Shown here piece after piece: positions 53,432 to 63,207 of a stretch of DNA of 64,000 bases. Location: contig CAXXOU010000004.1 in the NCBI GenBank assembly GCA_963677495.2, forward strand, positions 1-64,000. The letters run 5' to 3'. Both the position numbers and the translations under genes were made by a program. Position 1 is the stretch's first letter, and each line of letters begins with the position of its first letter. Below the pieces are notes generated by a model that was not told the DNA's origin, ran no database searches, and saw nothing but the letters and a program-made list of their open reading frames with translations. This stretch comes from Candidatus Cloacimonadales bacterium. Lineage in GTDB: Bacteria; Cloacimonadota; Cloacimonadia; Cloacimonadales; JAFGVF01.

Positions 53432-54349
53432 TTAAGAATTGTTTATCTGATTGAATAAGTTTTCTATTAGTTCCGAATCTATATCTTTAGGATTCAGTAT
53501 AAGGTTGAAATCCTGTCTTCTATACCAGGTCTGTTGCCGTTTCGCATATCTGCGAGTATTCTGTTTTGCTTTCTCAATACATTCATCAAGCTCTGCTTTT
53601 TCATAGAAGTGGGGCATAAACTCTCTGTATCCTACCGCAGTTAATCCATAATCATCTTTTGAATAACCCATCTGTAGCAAAGCTTCTATCTCGATAAGTA
53701 ATCCTTCCGCAATCATTTCATCAAACCGTTTATTAATACGGCTATAGATTAGCTCACGTTCGTCAGATAGGAGTATCTTATAAGGTTTATATTTCTCTAC
53801 AATCTGCTGTTCTTGCCAGTGCACAGAAATCGGTTTACCTGTATGCTCAAATATCTCAAGAGCTCTAAGGATTCGATGCTTGTCTTGTTTATATATATTC
53901 CGGCCGGCATCCGGGTCAATTTGCATAAGTTTTTCATGCATCGCATCTAAGCCTAGAACCTCAGCATCATGCTCAAGCCTTGCCCTTAGTTCAAGCGGAA
54001 TATCAGGTGATTTAAAGATTCCTTCCAATAATGTTTTTATATAGAAACCCGTTCCACCTACGATTATTGGGACTCGTTTATTTTCATGTATTTTATTAAT
54101 TGCTTCTCCGGCATCTATAGCAAAATCACCTGCATTATATCTCACATCAGGATTGATAATGTCTATTATATGATGCTTTACAAGGCGAATATCCTCTTTT
54201 GTCGGCTTTGCAGTCCCAATATCCATGAACTTATATATTTGTCTTGAATCAGCTGATATAATCTCAGTTTCCATTCGCTGAGCAAGTAGCATTGCTAGCC
54301 TACTCTTTCCTGAAGCAGTAGAGCCCTCAATAGTTACTATGGGAATCAT
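53432..54349 (-). CDS. miaA: tRNA dimethylallyltransferase
   Basis: GSTASGKS, SADSRQIY..MDIGTAKP, VGGTGFY, YAKRQ.TW. Confidence 0.96.
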   Translation of the reverse strand: MIPIVTIEGSTASGKSRLAMLLAQRMETEIISADSRQIYKFMDIGTAKPTKEDIRLVKHHIIDIINPDVRYNAGDFAIDAGEAINKIHENKRVPIIVGGTGFYIKTLLEGIFKSPDIPLELRARLEHDAEVLGLDAMHEKLMQIDPDAGRNIYKQDKHRILRALEIFEHTGKPISVHWQEQQIVEKYKPYKILLSDERELIYSRINKRFDEMIAEGLLIEIEALLQMGYSKDDYGLTAVGYREFMPHFYEKAELDECIEKAKQNTRRYAKRQQTWYRRQDFNLILNPKDIDSELIENLFNQINNS

Positions 54350-56181
54350 TCAATCCTCTTAAAACGCTTCTCCAGCTCAGTGAGAGTCATTTTGATTATA
54401 AGTGGTCTTCCATGTGGACAGAAGTATGGTACACTACAAGCGAAGAGATCATTGATCAAGGCAAGCATCTCTTTTCTTGTGAGTTTTCTATTCGCTTTTA
54501 TTGCAGCTTTGCATGCCATTGTCTTAGCTAAACTGTCTCTGATGTCCTCTGTTTCCTCAAACTCATCCTGCAAGTTCTTCATGATATCAAGGAAGAACTC
54601 CTCACTATGCATATCATTAAGCTCAGGAGGTACTTCATCAATTACAACTGAGTTCCCGCTAAACGTCTTAATTGAGAAGCCAACCTGATGGAATATCTCA
54701 ATATTCTTTTCCAGCAGATCAGTAAGCACTGAGTTCAGGTAAGGAGGTATGTTCACAACCAGTGGGAACACAAGCTTTTGTCTAACAGGTGGTGCACCAT
54801 GGATTCTTTGCACCATCTTCTCATAAATGATGCGTTCATGAGCTGCATGCTGATCAATTGCCATCAAGCCATCTTCCGACTGAATGAAAATATATGTATC
54901 ATGCAGTTGCCAAGGATTTACTAATTCTTCCTCTTTGGGCAGTAGTTGTGAAGGGAAAGTCTGCTGTGGTGCTTGATCTTCCTCAATTGCCGGTGGTTTA
55001 ACCTCTTTCTTAAACACATCCGGTTGGAACACTTCTTCCAAGTCAGTTTTATACTCTGAATATCGTGGTTTAACAGGTTTTACGTAAACCTTCTGCTCAT
55101 AGTTAGTAAGTGGTTTACTCTTAGTTAAATCGGCAGTTTTCATCTCTGCTGTATGGAACTTTTCCTTCTCATATTCCATCAAGGCATTGGTAATACTATT
55201 CTTCACAAAACTATGAACAAAATGTGAATCTCTGAATCTTACTTCATGCTTCGCCGGATGCACATTCACATCTATCATCTCCGGATCGATATTAATGAAG
55301 ATGATGTAGGGGGGAAGCTGTCCTTTCTGATGAAGTCCACTCTTCTTTATGAATGGCTCATAAGCTGCTCGAATGGCATGTAAGATGATTTTATCTTTCA
55401 TGTATCTGCCATTCACAAAAATGTATCTATGGTCATAGATGTTGTGCTCAGTGTTCTCTAGACCCGATATGAATCCTTCCAGTTTCACTATCTTGTTTTC
55501 CATTTGCAATGAGATAAGATCATTATCAAAGAATTTGTTACCAAACACAGCACGCATTCTCTGCTCATTATCACCAATTGCAGGATAGTTCAGTCTCTCT
55601 CTTCCATTGGATATGAATTTGAAACTAACTTCAGGATAGACTATAGACTGATAATGAAGATAGTTTAAGATATGCTTAAATTCGACTTGATCAGACTTAA
55701 GGAATTTCCTTCTGGCTGGAACGTTACTAAATAGTCTTTTTACCGATATGTCAGTGCCCTTATTACCGGCAATACGGGATACATCTTTCAATGTACCACC
55801 ATAAAACTCAATACGGTTTGCAACTTCTGATTTTTCATCTTTCGTCACCATTATTAGATGACTGATAGAACTAATACTTGGGAGAGCTTCACCTCGAAAA
55901 CCGAGTGTCCCAATTTTAATTATGTCTTCAACATTGCGTATCTTCGAGGTTGCATGGCGTTCAAAACACAAGAGGGCATCGTTCTCATTCATTCCATGAC
56001 CATTATCAATCACCTGAATAAGGTCTTTGCCACCCTTCTCAATATTTACAGTTATAGATGTTGCACCTGCGTCAATTGCATTCTCAACCAACTCTTTGAC
56101 TACTGATGCCGGTCTGTCTATAACCTCACCGGCAGCAATCCTATTGGCAACTTCTTCTGATAAAACTTTTATTCTATTCAT
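54346..56181 (-). CDS. mutL: DNA mismatch repair endonuclease MutL
   Basis: IAAGEVI.RPASVVKELVEN, GFRGEAL, DQHAAHER, ACK, CPHGRP. Confidence 0.97.
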   Translation of the reverse strand: MNRIKVLSEEVANRIAAGEVIDRPASVVKELVENAIDAGATSITVNIEKGGKDLIQVIDNGHGMNENDALLCFERHATSKIRNVEDIIKIGTLGFRGEALPSISSISHLIMVTKDEKSEVANRIEFYGGTLKDVSRIAGNKGTDISVKRLFSNVPARRKFLKSDQVEFKHILNYLHYQSIVYPEVSFKFISNGRERLNYPAIGDNEQRMRAVFGNKFFDNDLISLQMENKIVKLEGFISGLENTEHNIYDHRYIFVNGRYMKDKIILHAIRAAYEPFIKKSGLHQKGQLPPYIIFINIDPEMIDVNVHPAKHEVRFRDSHFVHSFVKNSITNALMEYEKEKFHTAEMKTADLTKSKPLTNYEQKVYVKPVKPRYSEYKTDLEEVFQPDVFKKEVKPPAIEEDQAPQQTFPSQLLPKEEELVNPWQLHDTYIFIQSEDGLMAIDQHAAHERIIYEKMVQRIHGAPPVRQKLVFPLVVNIPPYLNSVLTDLLEKNIEIFHQVGFSIKTFSGNSVVIDEVPPELNDMHSEEFFLDIMKNLQDEFEETEDIRDSLAKTMACKAAIKANRKLTRKEMLALINDLFACSVPYFCPHGRPLIIKMTLTELEKRFKRIE

Positions 56182-56295
56182 CTATAATGAGTTCCTTGAT
56201 AATATTCTTCTACCTTTAGTGATGAAATTGCCGTTCTTGTGTCAAGAAATCATTACTGCTATATTTCTATACTCCAATCAAAGCTGATTGTCTTA

Positions 56296-56997
56296 TCAAT
56301 AAGCAACTGTCTGGATACGGTATGAATAAGTAACACTGAATGTACCTACGACAACTTCCATGTTGCCATCAATGTACTCTTTATCTGTAGTATTTCCGAA
56401 ATAGTTCAGGCTTAGCACGTGATTTTTTTTGATTCTAAATCCACCCCCAAAATTATAACCAAACCCAAACAATTTATCACCTTCTTCTGCATCACTTCCA
56501 TACCATTCTGCCATTCCAAAACCCCCTTCGATAAACAATCCATTATTCACTGATTTTGGTGTTACATTAAATCTAGCTCCCATACCTAAATAAGCATTCG
56601 TAATTGTTATATTCTCCTCATATATGTTTTCCATACTATAGAAATTTGCTTTTATATGAGCAAATAAATCATACTCAGGTCTCGCAACTCCACCTTTTAT
56701 ATCAATCATAAAGCCTGATTCACTATCTGGCTCAGCTGTTAGAATGTATTCATTTGTTTCAATAGTTTGCTCATATTTTGTACTACTATATCCTGCACCA
56801 AATTCATTAAAGTAACACAATGCTGTTCTTTTTCGTTCCTTTCTCTTTACCCTTTCAGTACTAACCTCTGACTCTTCTTTAACTTTCCTGACTTTTCTTA
56901 CTCTCTTCTTAGTCTCCACTTTTGGCTCTGCTGTTTTATCAGCAAATAACCCTTGTGTTATCAGAATAGCCAATACAATAAACAATATCTTTTTCAT
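56296..56997 (-). CDS. Putative outer-membrane beta-barrel protein
   Basis: Signal peptide, basic linker, alternating amphipathic Gly/aromatic strands. Confidence 0.6.
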   Translation of the reverse strand: MKKILFIVLAILITQGLFADKTAEPKVETKKRVRKVRKVKEESEVSTERVKRKERKRTALCYFNEFGAGYSSTKYEQTIETNEYILTAEPDSESGFMIDIKGGVARPEYDLFAHIKANFYSMENIYEENITITNAYLGMGARFNVTPKSVNNGLFIEGGFGMAEWYGSDAEEGDKLFGFGYNFGGGFRIKKNHVLSLNYFGNTTDKEYIDGNMEVVVGTFSVTYSYRIQTVAY

Positions 56998-57015
56998 TTA
57001 ATCCCCCTGTAAATC

Positions 57016-57594
57016 CTAGAATTTGTACATCAAACCGAGTTGTAAACTAATTGGTATTACCCCAATCATATCATCACTTAAAGCTGCAAACAAAGTGAAA
57101 GGAACATCTGCAATAAAATGTAATTTCCCTGCAATTTTATGCTCCATGCCGACACCTCCACCAAATGCAAGTATAGCCATCCTATCTTCATCACTTAAAG
57201 AAAATGGATCTCCTTTGTAATGATCATAATTATTGGAGATATTTGAACTTGCCATAAAACAACTTCCACCCACAAACCAGTAGTATCGACCTGTTTTATG
57301 CTTCTTAAATTCAGTCATTATCTGAAGACCAAAAGAGTAAAGCTCACGTTCTCGAATATAATCGCGTTCATATTTCACAATATCCTCTTCTAGTCCAAAA
57401 GCACCGAATGTAACCTGTACACCCCTTCTACTTTTGAACCATCGTGCAGAAAGCCCCATTCCACTTACAGCACCGGCATTTATTCCTAGACTAAACTCTT
57501 TTTTATCTGTTTGCTCTTCAATTGATTCATCTGCATTTAAGCAGGCAATAGATAGTATGATAGTGATAATAGTAATTAGAAATCTTTTTCCCAT
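57016..57594 (-). CDS. Putative outer-membrane beta-barrel protein
   Basis: Signal peptide, G..SG.GLS.R motif, C-terminal LGLMYKF. Confidence 0.65.
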   Translation of the reverse strand: MGKRFLITIITIILSIACLNADESIEEQTDKKEFSLGINAGAVSGMGLSARWFKSRRGVQVTFGAFGLEEDIVKYERDYIRERELYSFGLQIMTEFKKHKTGRYYWFVGGSCFMASSNISNNYDHYKGDPFSLSDEDRMAILAFGGGVGMEHKIAGKLHFIADVPFTLFAALSDDMIGVIPISLQLGLMYKF

Positions 57595-57750
57595 ATTCCC
57601 CTTCTTTTTCAAACAGTATTGTAACTATTCTTTATGCTCCTTTTGATTAAGTTAACTATTGATAAAGTACAGAGTACATATGGTCAAGTATTTGTTTGAA
57701 TTTTCTTCCTAAGTTTTGAGCTATTGTAATTCGAAATGATTTTAATTAGT

Positions 57751-58107
57751 CTATAACTCCCTGAAAAATACTAACTTATTTCCAAAAGGATCTTGCACGC
57801 TCATCTCAGCAGTACCCCATGATGTTTTCATAATTCCGGGTCTATAGTATTTATAATTCTTACCGGTTATCTTCTTATGATAATCCTCTAAGTCCTCTAT
57901 CTCTAACCTAATTGCACTTCCTGGTGTCCCATCTCCATGATGTTCTGATAGATGGATAACAAAGTCACCCTTTGAAACTTGCATATATAATGGGGCAGAG
58001 GGATCAAATCTGTGTTCCCAATCAACTGTGAATCCCAGAAAATCTATGTAAAACTCTTTAGCTTTATTCTCATCAAACATTCTAAAGATCGGTGTTATAC
58101 AACTCAT
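57751..58107 (-). CDS. VOC/glyoxalase (bleomycin-resistance-like) protein
   Basis: AKEFY.DFLGF.VDWEHRF, LSEHHGD.TPG, DPFGN. Confidence 0.88.
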   Translation of the reverse strand: MSCITPIFRMFDENKAKEFYIDFLGFTVDWEHRFDPSAPLYMQVSKGDFVIHLSEHHGDGTPGSAIRLEIEDLEDYHKKITGKNYKYYRPGIMKTSWGTAEMSVQDPFGNKLVFFREL

Positions 58108-58264
58108 AACTACCTCCTTTTATAATAACATATCTGAAGATTGATCTTTTGCGACTATGAATATGGATTTCACTTCTTCCTGCTATCCACTTTGCTTCAA
58201 TTTTACAAGTATAACCTTCACTGCCTTATTACTCCCTTTCAATAGACACACTATACAATTAAAT

Positions 58265-58350
58265 AAGTTATCCACAACTTGTGACTAACTTGCTGCTTAG
58301 AGTAAGAGAGAAGTAAGTGTCAAGTAAGTGTGGAGTAAGAGTGTAGTAGG
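58265..58350. repeat. Inverted DnaA-box-like pair abutting an 11-bp-phased array (core AGTAAG)
   Basis: AAG-TTATCCACA-act-TGTGACTAA-CTT at 58265-58291; AGTAAG at 58301, 58312, 58323, 58334 and AGTAGG at 58345. Confidence 0.8.
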
Positions 58351-58431
58351 AATTGATTGGGTGTGATTCATCAGACCAGTGAGTTTTAGCAATTGTAACT
58401 CTTCATTCCCCCGATTTTCACTGGAGTAACA

Positions 58432-58516
58432 ATTACATAATCCCTATAAGTATCCTATATGACCCTTATATGAAACCTATATGAACATATAGGAATCTTA
58501 TCTGTTGGATATGGGA
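58432..58516. repeat. 11-bp-phased inverted array, core CCTATA
   Basis: TA(C/T)A at 58434, 58445, 58456, 58467, 58478; inverted TATAGG/TATCTG/TATGGG at 58488, 58499, 58510. Confidence 0.75.
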
Positions 58517-58744
58517 TATTTTTACCCTTTATATGCTTATTGCTCCAGGGCGTGGCGGGAGAAAAAGGAAAGAAAATAAAAAAAGATCCGGAAAACGTGC
58601 ACGAAAAATGGCATTTCGTGCACTTATATAAATAGGGGAGAAGTAAAATAGTTGTGAAAAACCAGAGTGAAAATGGCGAAAACCAGAGTTATATATTATA
58701 GGGACAGTCTATCGAGAAAACGAAAATTATAGAAAGGAGGAATT

Positions 58745-59197
58745 ATGAGACTGAGCTTATTACCCTTAATCACAGGCTTATCAGGCAGACTAGGCAAGCT
58801 TGTATTTTGTATCGAAAAGAAGTCCGGTGCCTGCTGGACAAGATTGTATGTAAAACCTGAGATAACTGAACACAACCATGAAATCGGTAGTGCTGCGAAG
58901 AACCTTAGTACTATCTATCATCAAGTAAATGAAGGTTACATGGATGATTTGAAAGATTATGTCGACCGCTTCAACTTGGAGTATCTTGAACACAAAGGTT
59001 ATATGAAGACTTTCCCCTGCTTCATGAAGATGATGTATGCGATGAAACGAAAGCACCCATCCGTGAACCTTAAGACTCTTACGATAGATCAAATCATGTC
59101 GGAAGACCTACCGGTTCGTTCAATCAGAGAAGCAGTAGAGCATGAACTACTCCCGGTTGTGAAACGGTATCAGGAGTTGAATGTCTCGATTGTGTGA
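58745..59197 (+). CDS. Uncharacterised 150-aa protein, paralog of 23771-24223
   Basis: AGGAGG RBS; shared SG...LV.C.EK.SGA.W.R.YV.P, GY..DL.DY, MYA.KRK.P, LPVR..REAVE motifs. Confidence 0.85.
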   Translation: MRLSLLPLITGLSGRLGKLVFCIEKKSGACWTRLYVKPEITEHNHEIGSAAKNLSTIYHQVNEGYMDDLKDYVDRFNLEYLEHKGYMKTFPCFMKMMYAMKRKHPSVNLKTLTIDQIMSEDLPVRSIREAVEHELLPVVKRYQELNVSIV

Positions 59198-59204
59198 TTG
59201 ACCT

Positions 59205-59241
59205 AAGCGGTCACCATTACGACCAAAGGGAGTTCGGGGAA
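59205..59241 (-). repeat. REP-like element, family 2
   Basis: Reverse complement TTCCCCGAACTCCCTTTGGTCGTAATGGTGACCGCTT. Confidence 0.75.
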
Positions 59242-59334
59242 CCGACTGTTAGGAGCTCGTAAACGGATGTTTACAATTGCGTTTGCACGGAACTCGTTAA
59301 TGCTTGGCTGATGCGCTCAACAGGAAATAATCAA

Positions 59335-59484
59335 TCCCCAGAACCCCTACTTTCAAGTAGGGGCTTGGAGAACTCAATATTGCATTTCTCCCCTTCCCAC
59401 ATTTCGTTTTGAAAGGTGGAGATGGGGATTTTATATTAGCGAAATGAATCATGCCACCGGATAAATCCGGTGGTTCTGGGGAGC
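59335..59484. repeat. Dispersed REPIN-like three-hairpin unit (tnpA-associated family)
   Basis: CCCCAGAACCCCTACTTTCAAGTAGGGG ... GCCACCGGATAAATCCGGTGGTTCTGGGGAGCA. Confidence 0.9.
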
Positions 59485-59805
59485 ATATTATGTGATAATC
59501 CCAATAATATGTCATAGGAGTAGTTGCCCCAATGAGAAAGCAGTGTTTATGGACTTTGTGGACAGAAGTAGACATAGTGTTTAAATACTCACTTCGTCCA
59601 CTAACGTCTACAAAGTCCACTTTATACCTGATACAGAATAACGGGAAAGAATGTTCCTTCTCACATTCGCTCAGGTAAACTTCCTTAATTGCTGAGAAAA
59701 CACTCAAATTAACTCAAAAATAATGCAGGAATGCAAATAATTAGTTGTCAGAGAAATTGAAAGTGGAATATTAACAAAAATAAACAATAGAAGATGAGGA
59801 AAGAG

Positions 59806-61113
59806 ATGAAGAAACTAAGGGTATTGATAATAATCCTGGTTATTGCAGCAGTAGCATTTGGTGGCTACAAGATGTTATCAAAGAAAGGTGCTAGCAGTGA
59901 AGAGGGTGGATTTGAGTTCACAGCAGTAAAGCGTGGAAACATAGAGAACATTGTATCATGTACAGGAACAATTGAACCTTTAGGTTCTGTTGATGTTGGT
60001 ACTGAGCTATCCGGAACGATAGAAGATGTACTTGTTGACTTCAATGATGTAGTTAAGAAGAATCAGGTGCTTGCAATCCTTGATACTACTCAGTTAGCTA
60101 TAAACCTTAGAACATCAAAGGCAGATTTAATGCGTTCAAGAGCACAGTTTGAACTTAGTAAAATGACTTACGAAAGCGATCTTGAGCTTCATAAGAAGGG
60201 TTTTATCTCTGATATAGAGTTGCAAAACTCCAAGACAAGTTATCACTCATCAGAGGCATCACTTATCTCATCTGAAGCAAGCTATGAGAAAAGTTATAAC
60301 AATTTACATAAATATGCTATTATCCGTTCCCCGATAAATGGTACGGTAATCCATAGAAATGTGGACCCTGGGCAGACTGTAGCTGCAAGCTACTCCACCC
60401 CTACTCTATTCACAGTTGCTGAGAATCTTGCAAACATTCAGATAGAAGCACTTGTGGATGAAGGTGACATCGGTCAAATCAAAGAGGGAATGGACGTAGT
60501 ATTCTCAGTTGAAAGCTATCCTGACCTTGAGTTTGAAGCTAAGGCAAAACAGGTGAGACTGCAGCCACAAACAGTGTCTAATGTTGTTAATTACACTGTG
60601 ATTGTAGAAGCTGAGAACGATAAAGGCATCTTACTTCCGGGTATGACAGCTACAGTTGAGTTCATCATTGAACAGAAGCTTGATGTGCTTATGGTGCAAA
60701 CATCTGCTCTTAAATTCCAGCCAAGTCGTGAAATGATGATGGATGCTATGAAGAAACAGCATGAGAGTATGGACCCAAAGCAGAAAGCTGATATGGAAAA
60801 GCGTCGTAAAGAGTTCCAGAATATGAGCCAGTCTGAGCGGCAGGCAATGATGCAGAAGATGCGTCAGTCCGGTAGTGCCGGAATGGGACCTGGAATGGGT
60901 TCAAATGGTGGACAGCGTGGTGGCAAAGATATGACACGTGTTTGGTATGTTGATGAAAACGGTAGTCCACAGATGCTGAGAGTGAAGAAGGGTGTTACAG
61001 ATGGTGCAAACACTGAGATTTCAGGAAACGATGTGACTGAAGGCTTACAGCTAATCTACAAGCAGAAGAAGACTTCATCAGTACCAAGACATATGAAACG
61101 AGGACTCTTTTAG
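59806..61113 (+). CDS. MacA-like periplasmic adaptor
   Basis: VDVGTELSG.I..V.VDFND.V, IRSPINGTV, GQTVAAS..TPTLF, LLPGMTA. Confidence 0.9.
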   Translation: MKKLRVLIIILVIAAVAFGGYKMLSKKGASSEEGGFEFTAVKRGNIENIVSCTGTIEPLGSVDVGTELSGTIEDVLVDFNDVVKKNQVLAILDTTQLAINLRTSKADLMRSRAQFELSKMTYESDLELHKKGFISDIELQNSKTSYHSSEASLISSEASYEKSYNNLHKYAIIRSPINGTVIHRNVDPGQTVAASYSTPTLFTVAENLANIQIEALVDEGDIGQIKEGMDVVFSVESYPDLEFEAKAKQVRLQPQTVSNVVNYTVIVEAENDKGILLPGMTATVEFIIEQKLDVLMVQTSALKFQPSREMMMDAMKKQHESMDPKQKADMEKRRKEFQNMSQSERQAMMQKMRQSGSAGMGPGMGSNGGQRGGKDMTRVWYVDENGSPQMLRVKKGVTDGANTEISGNDVTEGLQLIYKQKKTSSVPRHMKRGLF

Positions 61114-61121
61114 GAAACACT

Positions 61122-61856
61122 ATGCCAAATAAAATTATCGAGATGTTTAATCTCAAGAAGAACTACTATGTTGGTACTCAGGTAGTGAAAGCTTTGCAAG
61201 GGATTGACCTGAATATTGAAGAGGGTGAGTTTGTTGCCATTATGGGCTCCTCCGGTTCCGGTAAATCAACTCTTATGAATATTATTGGTTGTTTAGATAA
61301 GATTACTGAAGGTACTTACAAGCTTGATTCAGTAGATGTTAAAGACCTTAGTAAAAACCAATATGCTGATATAAGAAACCAAAAGATTGGTTTTGTGTTT
61401 CAGGGGTTTAATCTACTCCCTCGTACAACAGCTTTAGAGAATGTTGAGCTTCCTCTTCTTTATGACAGACAGAATAGAATCAAGAAACCACTTGAGAAGG
61501 CTAAAGAAGCCTTAACGAAGGTTGGTCTTGCCGAGAGAATGGATCATGAACCTAACCAGTTATCAGGTGGTCAGCAACAGCGTGTGGCTATAGCCAGAGC
61601 ACTTGTAACAGAACCGGCATTACTGCTTGCTGATGAACCAACGGGTAACTTGGATACAAAGACTTCCAATGAAGTAATGGCCTTGTTTCAGGAACTTAAT
61701 GAACAAGGTATCACAATCGTGTTGGTTACACATGAGCCGGACATAGCACAGTATGCAAAACGTAATATTGTGCTTAGAGATGGAAAGATCATTGAGGACC
61801 ATATGGTCGAAAATAGATTAAAAGCAGATGAGGGAGTGCATTATGAAATGGTCTAA
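61122..61856 (+). CDS. MacB/LolD-type ABC ATPase
   Basis: GSSGSGKST, LSGGQQQRVAIARAL, ADEPTGNLD. Confidence 0.93.
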   Translation: MPNKIIEMFNLKKNYYVGTQVVKALQGIDLNIEEGEFVAIMGSSGSGKSTLMNIIGCLDKITEGTYKLDSVDVKDLSKNQYADIRNQKIGFVFQGFNLLPRTTALENVELPLLYDRQNRIKKPLEKAKEALTKVGLAERMDHEPNQLSGGQQQRVAIARALVTEPALLLADEPTGNLDTKTSNEVMALFQELNEQGITIVLVTHEPDIAQYAKRNIVLRDGKIIEDHMVENRLKADEGVHYEMV

Positions 61857-63063
61857 TCTGCAGAAAGTGGCTATCAAGAGCTTGATGAAGAATAAGATGA
61901 GAAGCCTTCTTACTTCTCTTGGTGTTATCATTGGTGTGAGTTCCGTGATTGTTATGGTTGCAATCGGAGAAGGCTCTCAGAAGAAGATAAAAGAGTCGTT
62001 CGCTTCGATGGGTACAAACATGCTGATGATTTCGCCTAACTGGCATAAATCCAGAGGTGTTAGCTCAGGATCAAGTGGTACTTCCTACCGCTTATCATAT
62101 GATGATATTGATTATATAAAAGCTACATGTCCAAGTGTCTCAGCAGTTTCAGCTGTTATCAGAGCTAGTGGGCAGATAATTGGTGGTACAGGTAATTGGA
62201 ATTGCTCAATTGAAGGTGTTGACCCGGGATACTTTGAGATTAGAGATTGGGATTTATCAAATGGCACTATCTTCTCAATGCGAGATGTGAACTCAAAAAA
62301 GAAGGTGTGCATTATCGGGCAAACTGTAGCTGATGAGCTCTTTCCTAATGACGACCCTGTCGGTCAGAGATTAAGGATTAGAAACATACCTTTCAAGATT
62401 ATTGGAGTATTATCGGAAAAGGGTGAAAACTCTTGGGGACAGGATCAGGATGATGTTGTCTTTGCTCCTTCAAAAACAGTTTTGTACAGACTAAAAGGTC
62501 GAAGAGATGTAGACAGGATTTATGCTTGTGCAGCATCGGAAGACTTGATGTCTGAAGCTGAAGAGGAGATTGATACAGCTCTCAGAACAACTCATAAGCT
62601 TTCTCCCGGTGAAGAAGCAGACTTCCGACTCAGAAATCAAACAGAGATGCTAGAGATGGCATCGGATACAAGTAAAACCCTTACAATGTTATTGGGTTCA
62701 ATAGCGGGAGTATCACTTCTAGTTGGAGGTATTGGCATAATGAATATCATGCTTGTGTCAGTGACTGAAAGAACGCGTGAGATTGGTATAAGACTCTCAC
62801 TCGGAGCACGTGGACGTGATGTGCTATTACAGTTCTTAACAGAGGCTATTGTACTAAGTCTAACGGGAGGATTGCTTGGAATTGCCCTTGCATTCGGGAT
62901 AGCAGAGATTGTACGCAATGCATCTGAGATGACACCATATATAAATCCGGCAATCGTGTTCATGGCATTCGGCTTCTCCGGTGCTGTCGGTATCTTCTTT
63001 GGATATTATCCGGCAAGGAAAGCAGCAAATCTTAATCCAATTGATGCTTTAAGATACGAATAA
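61843..63063 (+). CDS. MacB-type ABC permease
   Basis: RSLLT.LG.IIG, GGIGIMNIMLVSVTERTREIGIR, YPARKAA.LNPIDALRYE. Confidence 0.93.
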   Translation: MKWSNLQKVAIKSLMKNKMRSLLTSLGVIIGVSSVIVMVAIGEGSQKKIKESFASMGTNMLMISPNWHKSRGVSSGSSGTSYRLSYDDIDYIKATCPSVSAVSAVIRASGQIIGGTGNWNCSIEGVDPGYFEIRDWDLSNGTIFSMRDVNSKKKVCIIGQTVADELFPNDDPVGQRLRIRNIPFKIIGVLSEKGENSWGQDQDDVVFAPSKTVLYRLKGRRDVDRIYACAASEDLMSEAEEEIDTALRTTHKLSPGEEADFRLRNQTEMLEMASDTSKTLTMLLGSIAGVSLLVGGIGIMNIMLVSVTERTREIGIRLSLGARGRDVLLQFLTEAIVLSLTGGLLGIALAFGIAEIVRNASEMTPYINPAIVFMAFGFSGAVGIFFGYYPARKAANLNPIDALRYE

Positions 63064-63106
63064 ATATGGAGTGCATTGACTTTGTCAATGTGATGATAAA
63101 TAGTTT

Positions 63107-63138
63107 AAGGAGTTCTTTAGAAAGAGCTCCTTTCTTTT
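63107..63138 (+). terminator. Intrinsic terminator
   Basis: AAGGAGTTCTT-taga-AAGAGCTCCTT followed by a T-rich tract. Confidence 0.7.
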
Positions 63139-63207
63139 ATATGGGATAAGCTCGTAAGCCGATAGGAAACAACTTCCTGAGCGCTTGGTTGGCTATAGTG
63201 GATATCA

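Noticed and set aside
59297..59707. 136-aa minus-strand ORF, and similarly 29867-30193, 23185-23373 and 23308-23493
   Set aside because: They overlap REPIN or phased-array DNA, lack recognisable motifs or RBS, and are probably spurious.
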